Of a stretch of DNA of 64,000 nucleotides, positions 27,057 through 38,474 are shown in pieces. The notes under the pieces are model-generated. The model was given only the letters and a program-made list of their open reading frames with translations. It was not told where the DNA came from and searched no databases. The stretch spans positions 14,384,001 to 14,448,000 of the forward strand of contig CM075986.1 in the NCBI GenBank assembly GCA_038087875.1, read 5' to 3'. Position numbers and translations under genes: made by a program. The first letter of the stretch is position 1. Each line of letters begins with the position of its first letter. This DNA comes from Malacoraja senta (Eukaryota).

Positions 27057-27389
27057 TTGAATCTCATTAAAAAAAAAATCTCAATGTTTTAGTTTTTTTT
27101 TTCTCTTGTCTGAAATGCAGTTGTAGCCTGGAGGGCCTTGGGTCCTTTACTTTGACTGGGAATTGGAATAAGACTGCTCTGGGTACATGTCCAAGCCAAG
27201 CCCAAATATTCCAATGTGGGTAATGGGAATGTAAACCAAAATGACACCATGGCCAAGTTCTTTATGGATGGATGTGCTGTGAGGTTTTTGCATTCAGTGT
27301 GTCTCTATGCAAGAATTTAAGTCGGGGTTCACTTGCTAGTTAAAAATAAATACAATTTTTAAAATGTGTTCAAAATATGATGCAGACAG

Positions 27390-27600
27390 ATTGTTGTGAA
27401 AAATACCTTAATTTTAGTGGATTGTGAATTTGTTTCCCCACATCATGACCTCGATGTCCCAAAGGACTTTACATCCAAGACTTTCTCTTTGTTTGTTTTA
27501 TTGAAGGAAACATGGCATTCGGTCTGTCCAATCCAGAGCAATCAAATCATGTGTTTATTTTGTTGCTTTGAGAGATGAATGCTGGCCAGAACACACATAA
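27390..27600 (-). mobile_element. Ancient Deu-domain-type SINE remnant (SacSINE1/AmnSINE-like); similar remnants near 33130-33250, 38600-38850 and 49540-49850
   Basis: Recognised from memory of the Deu central domain; highly diverged. Confidence 0.45.
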
Positions 27601-27834
27601 CAGATTTTTATGACTGAGACTGGTCATAGCAAAGCCAAAATGCTCCGTGACTTGGATTATTTTTCAGTAAAAGTAAACCAGCGAGAACATCAGGGTTAGG
27701 TTTGGCCTACAGGAATGTTATAGCTTCCCCTGTCCCAACAACGTGCTTCACCCTACACTGCACCAAGAATGAAAGAAATGGGGACAGGAGGTGACTATTT
27801 GGTCTGTTGCTCCTGCTCGGCTATTCAACATGTT

Positions 27835-27963
27835 GTTAAAGAAGGAACTGCAGATGCTGGAAAATCGAAGGTACACAAAAATGCTGGAGAAACTCAGCGG
27901 GTGCAGCAGCATCTATGGAGCGAAGGAAATAGGCAACGTTTCGGGCCGAAACCCTTCTTCAGA
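27835..27963 (-). mobile_element. 129-bp PLE-terminus insertion starting at a hammerhead core
   Basis: Perfect 14-bp TSD ctattcaacatgtt at 27821-27834 and 27964-27977; minus strand reads tCTGAAGA agggtttcggccc GAAACGTT gcc...agttccttctttaac. Confidence 0.85.
27935..27962 (-). ncRNA. Minimal type-I hammerhead ribozyme core (putative)
   Basis: CUGAAGA-A-GGGU(UUCG)GCCC-GAAA-CGUU; palindromic ACGU stem III, typical of PLE minimal hammerheads; stem I weak. Confidence 0.55.
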
Positions 27964-29574
27964 CTATTCAACATGTTCATTCTGAACTTTTATCTTTAAA
28001 GCATCTTTCTTTACCATCCCATACATATCACTTGATCCCAATAATATCCATAAATCCATCAAGGTGGATTTATTTGGCATTTCCTCAACTTGCCATCCTG
28101 CGGCCTCTTGAATATGTTAGGCAATTAGTGATGCCCTAGGGTCAGCTTTGTGTGCTAAACTCATGCCAGTTCAAATTGAATAGGATCTTTTGTAACCAAC
28201 AAAGACTACTTTCACCCCATCTGTGAAGACTGCATCCAAACCCTTGTTCCAGAGGTGAAAGGTAGTTTTTGATGCAGTCGATGCAACTTGATGAAGTTAA
28301 AAGTTGTACACATTGCGTACCTGTCACCTGCTGAGGCCTAATGGTTTTGATCTTCAAAGCCTATAATGTAGTCTAATAAAGTCCTTGTGTTCTATGGAGA
28401 TGCAGGAAACTGCAGATGTCGGAATCTTGAACAAAATGGTGGTGGACGAACATGGCAGATCAGGAAACATCTGGGAAATGACCCCTCCAAAACAAACCAT
28501 CTGCTCCATCTTCAAATATTGTCTGACCCACTGAGTTCATGTAACTTTTTTTGCTTGTGTTCGATAATCTCATACTAACAATACAATTTCAGACCCAAGT
28601 TACTAAGCAAGAGCTCCAGAAACAGTTAATATCAATACGCTGAGAAGTGATGGGGTCGATTTGAATTTTGAATGCAGGTTCCAAGGCTAAGTGGTAGTCA
28701 TCAATGGGAGGTCAAAAGACAAAGTTTGGATATCCCTGACCATTAGAGTAACATTAAGTCTCAGCAATGTATTTCTGTCTCTGAGTTTTTTAGTTCATTT
28801 CCTATTATTTATATCTGCAAGTTCATTCAGTTTAGATATTAGATATGTAATAGCTTAATTGGCAAGAAACCAGAGGCTCATAGGAAAGCAAAGATAAACA
28901 TTAGTGGTGGACCTTGTATAAACTTACATTTTCTGATGTGCACTATTCCACATCTATCAGTTTATAAAAACATTTTTTTAATAGACCCTATCAATTGATC
29001 TATTTTCAGCTTCACAAGCAGTGATTTTCTGCCATGAGATGATAATTATATGTTCTGGTAATCACTTTTCCAAATGAATTGCAGCAATGACTTGTAAATA
29101 TTTTAAGCATTAATAAAACGGACTTCGAGTGTTTACTTTGTGTATTAGTAGCTACGAGGCTACCAGAGGGATTTTGGTTGTCCCACAGCACATGTAGTGC
29201 ATGTAAACTAGTGCAATCTCACTCATTGTGACTGACTTTCATCCTCTACTTTATATCCCCTACTTTTTTGTGTGTGTCCTTTCCTCTCCACTTTATACAG
29301 ACTAGGACTGACTTTCTGACCTTTTGTATTTCTGAGACCCCGTAAGACATCCAGTGGAAGTCAGTTCACACAGCTGAGATCGAAACGAGGCTGCAATCAG
29401 TGCCTAACATCAACATTCGCCATTGGCTCCGGTATTCTGTTTCCTCTCCCTCCAATTGAACCCAACCTTTGGCCTTGCATTTTTCTGACATCGAGTCCTG
29501 GGTGGATCTGGTCTTTCTGGTGATCACACTGGGTAAGAGTATATCTCCTACTTCATAACAGTGAAGCTCCTTGT

Positions 29575-30000
29575 TTTGTAGAAACAAATAACTCCAGATG
29601 CTAATTTATGCCAAAGATAGACACATAGTGCTGGAGTAACCCTGTGGGTCAGGCACATCTCTGAAGAAAAAGGATGGGTGATGTTTTGGGTCGGAACCCT
29701 TCAGACTGAAAGTAGGGTAGGGGGTGGGGGTGAAGAGCTGGAGGCGACAAAAGACCAGGATCAATCAAGGCTGGCAACTAATGACCTTGGACAGGGTGGT
29801 GCCATGGTAGACCCATTGTTGGTGAGGGAAGGTGTGATCTCAAGTAAGAATTTAATTGTTCCGTCTGGGACATATGACGATAAAACACTCTTGACATTGT
29901 GATGAACTGGTTAAAGAACTAGGGTGGAGGAAGGGAGCAAGTGGGGAGGGGAGTGTTGGTAGAAGTTGCTTAAAATTAGAGAATTTAATGTTCATAACAA
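29575..30000 (-). mobile_element. Penelope-like element 3' fragment (end of endonuclease ORF, purine tract and terminal cassette)
   Basis: Same terminal cassette on the minus strand; cttaaaattagagaatttaatgttcata resembles the reverse complement of the ORF end at 34200-34238; boundaries approximate. Confidence 0.6.
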
Positions 30001-31164
30001 GATTGTGAGCTCTTTGTCTTGTTACTCCACTGTAGATATTATTGTTCTGCATTGCCCTTTTCATTAAACAGCTTATGCTCTCACAAAATCTCCAGTTGTA
30101 TCTCTTAACCAGTTGATACCACCTCAATAGATGGCATACGCTCTCATAGATGGCACAAGCAGTGGAAAACCAATGTCGTCTCTCTACATGCAACTGGTGT
30201 CATTTGCCAGCATCAAAGTTGAACAAGAGTCTCCCGAGTCACGTTAGTGCATTAACACACCTGACCTATGATCTTTGAAATGAAATTGAATGAAAACATG
30301 TCCAGTACAAACACTCCCAATATTCTACAAGAGTGTAATGGGTGGAAAGAATGAAAAGGGAAAATTGTTCAAACTGTCACCAATAAAAGAGACAAATCCA
30401 ACAATGGACTACCTGGAGAACCCATCTGCACAACATCCAATTAGAAAATAATTGGTATTGTTCATGGTGGTTTGAATTATCTTTCTTCGTTCATTTTTAC
30501 TACTCGTTGGGCATCTATCTCTTGTATCTAATGTGACTAATTCCTATATAATACGGCCCAGTGTGAAGAAGAAATAAACTCTCGGCGTCCTGCTCCGAAT
30601 AATCCATGCTCTTATCTGCCCAGCATCACACCCATTGCTGAGTGGTTCGGGGTAATTCTCTGCAGGTACACCATGGATTCCAGAAACCTGTTACCCCGCA
30701 CCTATGCCCAACACGTCAGTGAAGTCTGAACCCTATTGAGTTAGAGCCTTTCTTATGGCTGTGCTGCTAGAAATGTCCCCCATCTATTTAGTGTCCCAGC
30801 AGGTGAGGCTGTAACTGTAACCTGGCGTTTTATTGACATGAGTGGCAAAGTGATGCCGGGCGGAGATGAGAGATTACAGATGATGGGATCTTGAACAAAA
30901 CACAAAGTGCTGGAGGAACTCAACGGGTCAGGCAGCAGCTGGGGAGGGGGACAGACCGACGTTTCGGGTCGGGACCCTTCTTCTAAAGCTTGACAGTCGA
31001 CACTGGTTGCAACCCACCAGCAAACAAAAAGAGGGTGTAAATGTGGCCAGTGGCCTCATTGCAATCAAACACCGTAGGCACAAACTGCACGACCATCCGC
31101 TGCCAATTGCTGAGATTCTGCCTGCCTTCACACACAGCTGTTGGATGCAATTGCCTCGTGGCCA

Positions 31165-31187
31165 TTATTATTATTATTATTATTATT
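31165..31187. repeat. (TAT)n microsatellite
   Basis: Directly visible. Confidence 0.9.
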
Positions 31188-31269
31188 GAAAGCAGATTTT
31201 GCTCCTGCATTAAAAAAAAATTAACGGGGGAGGTAATTTGCATTGTGAGAGAGTTTTTAAAAAAAATTG

Positions 31270-31720
31270 CAGAGGAGGCGGCTGGTTGTGCGGGAGCAGG
31301 GTGGAGTGTCGGTGGGGGCTGAGCAGCGGCGCCCCGCTCTCTGCTGACGCACGCTGCCTGCCTCTCCTCTCCTCTCCTCTCTCTGCTCTCCGCTCCCACC
31401 CCGTGCTCAGTCCGAGGCGGAAGGGGCTCCGCTCGCATCGGAGCCGCGTCCCACTCTGTTCCTCAGCTTCCCCCCCCCCCACCCCTCCAGCCAGCCAAAC
31501 CAGCCAGCCATGGGCGCTCGGCCCGCCGCCAGCCCCCGCTCGCCGCCCTCTGCCTTCTGCTAACTCTCGGCTCCGCCAACTCAGGTGAGAAGGGAGAAAG
31601 TTTTCATTCAGACTTTCCGCTGCCTGCCCGACTAACGGGGAGGAGAGAGGAGAGCGGGCTGCCGGCTTCCTTTATCTCCTCCAGGGCGCTTCTGATCCCA
31701 CTGGCGCCCACCCTGGGGTC
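31270..31720 (+). promoter_or_regulatory. MRC2: GC/CpG-rich promoter and 5'UTR of MRC2
   Basis: The most GC/CpG-dense tract seen in the window; surrounds the signal-peptide exon. Confidence 0.75.
31510..31584 (+). CDS. MRC2: MRC2 exon 1 (signal peptide MGARPAASP[P]LAALCLLLTLGSANS); one base short as assembled
   Basis: Strong Kozak gccATGG; hydrophobic LAALCLLLTLG lies in a shifted frame; cag|gtgaga donor; adding one C to the C5 run at 31533-31537 gives 76 nt (phase 1), matching exon 2. Confidence 0.8.
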
Positions 31721-31845
31721 ATTTGATGCTCCCTCCATTAAGCTTTACTAAAGTTTTGTCCTGGTTTTATTTTGTATGTGGAATGGGGTTGGTTTAATGG
31801 CTGTAAACGGAGCAGAAGGAATGTCCTGAACTGAGTGAAAACAGA

Positions 31846-31866
31846 TGTGTGTGTGTGTGTGTGTGT
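31846..31866. repeat. (GT)n microsatellite
   Basis: Directly visible. Confidence 0.9.
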
Positions 31867-32539
31867 ATATATAGGGGGGAGGGGAAGAGACTTTAGGGGG
31901 TGATGGTAGGAGGGGGAGTTGAGGGCGAAATGTTGCAAAGATTTGCACAGACGGTTCTTTAATAGGATTGTGTTTGCGGTCTGCACCCTGTGTAATACAC
32001 ATACATTATCTGGCACCCACCCCCTCCCTGACTCCTCGCTCAGCCCCTTGCTGTGTACCCCTGTAAAGGGGAGGGGATGAAGTCGGCGGGCAGGAATGAT
32101 TGGGCAGCAGGGAGCTGATTGTGTGGCTCTGCGGGGCTCCTGTACAAATGGATTCTCCCTCTGCTCCCAACTGTTCTCACTGTGAACTGTAGTGGGATTC
32201 CCACTTGGGAGTGGGCCGGTGAAAGATTGGGAGAGGGAGTTCCATCTCGGTGGGACGGAGATGAAGTTGAATTTCCATACCGGCGGGTTTGAAGCGAAAT
32301 CCTGTGGTCTTTTCTGTCGTGTGGAGGCAGACACTGCATTTTTGGCACCAGTGAAGTGACAGGATGCAAAAATGTCATCACTTGTAATTGTATTTTGGGG
32401 GATGTTTCTGGATATTAATCTGGTGGTTTGCCTCGTGGCTGTCTAACTGGAGCAAATACTGGATTTTCCCAGAACATGCATCTGTGGAGAGAGAAACCAA
32501 GTCGCTGTTTCTGAATAAATGACCTTGCATCAGGACCTG

Positions 32540-32742
32540 TTTAAGAAAGAGCTGCAGATGCTGGAAAAATCGAAGGTAGACAAAAATGCTGGAGAAATTC
32601 AGCGGGTGAGGCAGCATCTATGGAGCGAAGGAAATAGGTGACGTTTCTGGTCGAGACCCTTCTTCAGACTGAAGAAGTCTATTCCTTCGCTCCATAGATG
32701 CTGCCTTACCTGCTGAGTTTCTCCGGCATTTTCTGTCTCCCT
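32540..32742 (-). mobile_element. Palindromic PLE-terminus insertion with back-to-back hammerhead-core starts (ttcttcagactgaagaa)
   Basis: 15-bp TSD ttgcatcaggacctg at 32525-32539 and 32743-32757; minus strand CTGAAGAagggtctcgaccaGAAACGTC at 32640-32667. Confidence 0.85.
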
Positions 32743-32780
32743 TTGCATCAGGACCTGAACTGTGTGAATGTTTTCCAACG

Positions 32781-32984
32781 GAAGATGGGCACAGAATGCT
32801 GGAATAACTCAGCAGCTCAGGCAGCATCACTGGAGAAAAGGAATATGCGACGTTTCGTGTCGAGAAGGATCTTGATCTGAAACGTCACCTATTTTCTCCA
32901 GAGATGCTAGCTGAGCGGCTGAGTTACTCCAGCATTTTGTGTCCATCTTCGGTGTAAACCAGCATCTGCAGTTCCTTCCTGCAC
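32781..32984 (+). mobile_element. Palindromic PLE-terminus insertion
   Basis: Imperfect TSD gtgaatgttttccaacg / gtgaatggtttcccatg; inverted arms. Confidence 0.75.
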
Positions 32985-34037
32985 GTGAATGGTTTCCCAT
33001 GCAAGGCGAGAACCTTGTCCTTTGCCTGCAGGTGGTAGCTGGGCTCAGCCACCAGCTAATGAAGAAAAACGACAGTGTCTATTTGCTGCCCTGCCTCAAG
33101 ATGTTCCAGCGTATATTCAACCCATACTTTAAATTTGCAGTCACCATTGCAACATAGGGAACAGCAGCCAAATGACATGCAGCACGCTCCTACACACAGC
33201 AGAGCGACAATGGCTGGATAATATGTTTATTGGTGTCGGTGAGGAACAACCAGTTTAGTTTATAATCTCCAGCTGCATTAGCCACTGTAGATTCACCATG
33301 GGTGTGAGGATAAGTGGTAGAATCAGAGTTTAGTTTAGTTTATTGTCACGTGTACCGAGGTACAATGAAAGGCTTTTGTTGCATGCTATAACCAACCAGT
33401 CAGTGGAAAGTCAACACATGATTAAAGCTATTGGCCAGGGCACTGGGTTGAACTCGCCAACATTCCGCACTTGAGGGGGGATAGTCAGTGGTCCTGAGTT
33501 TAATTGTGGGGATCAGACTTTTTTTAATTTCTGCACCGTCTTCATTTGTTTTCTTTTATTCCACCCCCGCCATTCCCTATTAATTGTAAACGATGCGTGA
33601 AATCTATTCATTTCCAGAATTCCCACCCACCCCCACATTTCCTTTCGGTTTTGATAACCTACGGTCCAGAATATGTTGTAGCCAGGATCCTGTCTCAGTG
33701 GTTCATTGTCACGGGGACGAGGAACAGTTGCGGATGAGGTAGCTGAGAATTGATCCAGTGGTGCTCTGACGTGGTGTGGCTGCAGAGGCAATTGCAGAGG
33801 AGGAGATTTTTTTGGAACCATCTGTTGCAGAAAATGCACACTCCCTTGTGTCGGTGTATATGCAGACTCTTAGTCTCGTTGGAAATAGAAGCGGGAACCA
33901 GTACCGCAGCTGCACGCCACTGTCCTACCACCTTATTCCTTGGTTACTCCAGATTCCAAGACCCACTCGTGGCAATGATGGTGGTGTACACACTGTGGGG
34001 TTGGTGGATTGCACATACCCGTGGTGGGGAACACAAG

Positions 34038-34700
34038 TTTGTAGGAAGGCGCTGCAGATGCTGGTTTAAACCGAAGATAAACACAAGAAGCTGGTTCCCA
34101 CACTGACCTTTCAGTCCTGGGCCTCTCCCATTGTCAAAGTAAAGGCCAAACACAGATTGGAGGAACAGCACCTCGTATTTTCCTTGGGTAGCTTACAACC
34201 CAGCGGTATTACTATTGATTTCTTTAACTTCAAGTAATTNNNNNNNNNNNNNNNNNNNNNNNNNNNNNNNNNNNNNNNNNNNNNNNNNNNNNNNNNNNNN
34301 NNNNNNNNNNNNNNNNNNNNNNNNNNNNNNNNNNNNNNNNNNNNNNNNNNNNNNNNNNNNNNNNNNNNNNNNNNNNNNNNNNNNNNNNNNNNNNNNCTCT
34401 CTCTTCCCCTCTCCCTCTCTCTCTTCCCCTCTCTCTCCCTCTCTCTCTCTCCCCTCCCACCCAAGTCATTGCACTAGTTTCAAAGTCGACATGTTGAAAC
34501 TCATTTTCACGAGCCCACAGCTAACAATGCCGTTTCATTGTCATAACGTTTTATCGTCGTTACTTGTCTCTCTGTATCACTGTCCATATCTCTTTTCCCT
34601 GACTCTCAGTCTGAAGGGTCTCGACCAGATACGTCACCTATTCCTTTTCTCCAGAGATGCTGTCTGACCCACTGAGTTACTCCAGCTTTTTGTGTCTCTC
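34038..34700 (+). mobile_element. 5'-truncated Penelope-like element: inverted terminus, GIY-YIG endonuclease C-terminal remnant, CT tract and terminal cassette
   Basis: 34096-34238 translates with a frameshift to SHTDLSVLGLSHCQSK...HRLEEQHLVFSLGSLQPSGITIDFFNFK*; TSD gtggggaacacaag / gtgaggaacacaag. Confidence 0.75.
34240..34396. other. Assembly gap (157 N) adjacent to a CT-rich tract
   Basis: Run of n. Confidence 1.
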
Positions 34701-36609
34701 GTGAGGAACACAAGGGCAGGTCGCATAAAGAAGTCGAAGACTACGAGTCACTCTCTGGAAAGGGATGGGTAATCTGAGATACCTACAGCTGTTGAGCAGG
34801 TTACTTGTGACCTAGTTTGATGGCCATCTCAGACTGGATCACAAGCCACAGCCATGGGTTTCCAATGTGCAGTCTGGAGGTAAATAGTTAAACAGATTAT
34901 CTCGTTCTATATCAGGAACAAATTTAGGTGAAAACAAATCACTTTAACTTTTAGCTCTAGTTGCAGTTCTGGCATTCTGAGATTAAATCTTCACTCCCAT
35001 AGTCCACCACGTCTCTCCAACTCTTTGTACTCCAGCCAACCGAAAATCTATCGATCTCGGTTCTGGAACCTGCATGTCCCCCACACCCCCACCCCTGCCT
35101 TGCTGACAAACAGTTTTCAGGGAATAGCAGTGTTACAAATTTTCATTAACTGTTAGGATTTTAAAAAAAAGAGCTTTCCACTGTTAGCTGTAACCAACTG
35201 TGCTACAACGTTAAGGTCACGTCTCCTTGCCTTGTACTCTCTCATCAGAAGAAAGGGTCTTTCTCTGCCATTTTACCTTCATAGATTGTTATAAACTCCT
35301 CAATTATAGCAGACCTTAAACCTCCCAACTTAGACCGATAAAAGTCTAGATGATGCAATCTTTCCTTGTGAGTTCACAGTTTTGCCCAGTGCAAGATGCA
35401 AGTACTCTCACAACATCTGTAAGATATCCAGGGAAGTGCCTGAATTGGTCACACATTGAAGGCTAAGAACCATGAGCTGGTAAATGAATTGGTATAATAG
35501 GTACATGATGGTCAACATGAACATGATGAGTCAAACGGCCTGTTACCTTGCTGGATGACTTAGACTGCACCCGTTCCAAGGCCCATACATTGATTTGTAA
35601 TTGTAGAGTTCACATCAGGACAATGGCACCTAGATATTATCTAAGCTCTGTAAAATCTGCTGCCCTTTTGAGATGAGGGTTAATGTTCCATTTGCCTTTT
35701 AAATTCCTTTTACATCTGTGCTTCGGTCTTGTAATGAGTTCTGCACTTGTGCTTTAAGTCTCTCATCTCCACTGCTCCTGACTTTTGAACGAATTCTGAT
35801 CTGCCTGCCTGGGGTTCAAACATGAAAAAGTCACAAGTTCACATTTTCCGTCAGTGAACACCATCTGCCACATTTTTACATACTGATGTAATCTACCCAT
35901 GTTAGAAATGTATCCTATTAAAGATGCAGTCAATTTCTTACACACACAAAGTAGAAACTCAAATTTGGACAGGATTAAAATTATCTGGTCGACCAAGACG
36001 GGACGAATTGATTTCTACAGCCTTTGGACAGATGTTTGGAACTAGCCAAAGCCGTTCATCCTTAAAGCTCCTCCACATGTGGAGTCGGCTGTAATTTTCA
36101 CTGGAAGAATGGAGTGGAAAATAGCACAGAGTTTCGTGCCAACACAGGAAAAGGAGTGGTCGATGGGGAAAGCTTTCACCTGCCACCCATTTGCTCATCC
36201 CATTGCGCACAGACGTGCCTGCAGGCCACCTAGTGTAAACATTCAACCCTGGTCTTAATTTTGGATTAATGAGTCACAAAGCCAATGATAGGAAGAAAAT
36301 GCAGATTGACAAATCTAAATTTAGAAGTTGTTCACCTCGTGACACAGGCTGAAACTTTTTAAAAAATACAATTATAATTTCTTCCACAAACTTTAACACT
36401 AAACATCTTGAACCAACGGTGGTCTAAAGACCAGTTTGTCTGAAGTGATCCACTCCCATGGAATGTCGGCCCTTGGCATTACCCGACACCACCTCATAAG
36501 CCATGTCTACAGAGCCCAACTATACCCAGCAAATAAGCCCCTAAAATTGACATGATTTCACCTATTAGGAAAGGACTAGGTCATGTAGCCCTTGAATCTG
36601 GGCTCCAAT

Positions 36610-37020
36610 GGGGCCTGTACTCGCTGGAATTTACAAGGATAAGGGGAACCTATTTGAACCTTAATGAATAATGAAAGGCCTGGAGAGAGCGAATGTGGAG
36701 AGGATGTTTCCACGAGTGGGGGAGTCTAGGACCAGAGGCCATAGCCACAGAATAAAAGGACATACCTTTAGAAAGGAGATGAGGAGGAATGTCTTTAGTC
36801 AGAGTGTAGTGCATCTGTGGAATTCATTGCCACAGACGGCTGTGGAGGCCAATGGATAGTTTGAAGGCAGAGATTGACAGATTCTTGTTTTATAAGGATG
36901 TCAAAGGTTATGGGGAGAAAGTAAGCGAATGGGGTTGAGAGGGAATAATAGATCAGCCATGATTGAATGGTGGAGTAGACTCGATGGGCCGAATGGTCTA
37001 ATTCTGCCCCTATGACATGA
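36610..37020 (+). mobile_element. CR1/HER1 LINE 3' end
   Basis: ORF 36671+ MKGLERANVERMFPRVGESRTRGHSHRIKG...WNSLP; tail gatgggccgaatgg. Confidence 0.85.
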
Positions 37021-38395
37021 ATTTATTAATTGTTCCATGAATCAATAAGTTCAAGGCTTTTCTACCCTTCGTTCCTTTGATTAATAAAGATTTGTCACTC
37101 TCCAATTCAAATCTTCAATTTAAAATAAATAAATAACACCGCATCGACTATCCTTTGCAAAAGAGAATTCTGAACTTTTACGACCTTTACAAACAGTATT
37201 TAGTGTGAGATTTGACTAACTCTTGGGCTACTTTCTTTCATCCTTCCCGATAGGGTAAGTCTGGAGTGACCACTCCCACATCTAATTTGGTCAACTTTGG
37301 TGAAGTAGTGCCAGCTCCGTGTAGGAGTCACCCTGACTGTGGCTCCAGAGTTGGGTCTGCAGCATCTGGCATCTACTATCTGGGCTAATTAATCACAGGA
37401 TGCTCTTGGATTATCTGTTCATTGACATTCCACAGACATTGCTGCATCCAGGAACAGCCTCAACTGGAATGCAACTGTACAATTCCTCAGTTGACCTCCA
37501 GAACCAGGGCAAGCAAGTATAAAATTAGAACCATTTTGGAATAAGGCAGGGAAATATTATGTGAAACACGGAAAATTGGAACTGTGGAACATTTTAATAT
37601 TGAGGCCAATCTTTTTTTTTAGATGAGTGTGCCAAGCATTAGGTATTAATTGAGGTAGAGATTAGAATCAACTCCCTTTTAGATAACCATCACTCTCCTT
37701 GACTATGTGGAACCTAGCCTCCCGATGTCAAAGACTAAAGTATCTATGACCATGCTTACCATAGCACAATTGGATGATCTGTCTTGACTTCTGGTGATCT
37801 CCACCTAGTCTGCACTCGATTCACCTTGATCTACATGAAGTGTAGAATTAGGTGAGAGCATTGCGTACAGCAAAGGTTATGGGACCAGACGATGTCTATC
37901 TGTATGTAGTACCGAAAGGCTGCAATTCTCAGTCACCGCACTGCTAACCAAGCTCTGAATGAAGTTACAATGCTGGCATCTACAATTAGTACTCGCAGTG
38001 CACAATCCTTCACTGGACATTTGCCTTGCTCTGGAATCTTGCCATATCCAGTCGTGTCACATTCTCTCACAAAACATCTTTACCAAATGAGATATTTTGC
38101 CCATTTCTGAAGAGAGATGTGTGTAAAGTTTTATTGGCTAGAGGTAGACATGCTTAACTTTTTAGACCAATATTTATTCGTCCAGTACGAAGAATACCAT
38201 GATTTACATGGGTATTTCAAATACACTAGCAATAACTGGTGGATAATAAATTGGAAAAGGGACTCAGTTGTTTCCATTCCTGCTCAGAAGCTGTTAACTG
38301 GTATGTGATTGGTAGCTGCTGACAGCTACCCTTCCCCAGGTCCTAATGCCCATTCTCGGTGTGTGGATGTAGGCGCAGTTGTTCTTTTGCCCATG

Positions 38396-38420
38396 AGGGA
38401 GAGAGGGAGAGAGAGGGAGG

Positions 38421-38470
<50 letters not shown>
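38396..38470. repeat. (GA)n microsatellite
   Basis: Directly visible. Confidence 0.95.

Positions 38471-38474
<4 letters not shown>

Larger units (their letters stand above)
21179..27075 (+). other. TLK2: Probable long TLK2 3'UTR (distal end inferred)
   Basis: TE-poor AT-rich tract after the stop codon, ending in a cluster of AATAAA motifs (~26703, ~26811, 26961, 27051) with upstream TGTA motifs and a downstream T-rich tract. Confidence 0.5.

Noticed and set aside
30983-32381. Long ORFs around the CpG island (151 aa, 116 aa, 198 aa)
   Set aside because: Low-complexity products of GC-rich and microsatellite sequence with no domain similarity.
32525-33001. Repeat-spacer-like or pre-miRNA-like clustered hairpins
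   Set aside because: Explained as adjacent TSD-flanked palindromic PLE insertions. There is no regular repeat-spacer period and the context is eukaryotic, so it is not CRISPR. There is no evidence for miRNA processing.
34111-34667. ORFs spanning the N gap
   Set aside because: Artefacts of the assembly gap and CT/GA repeats.
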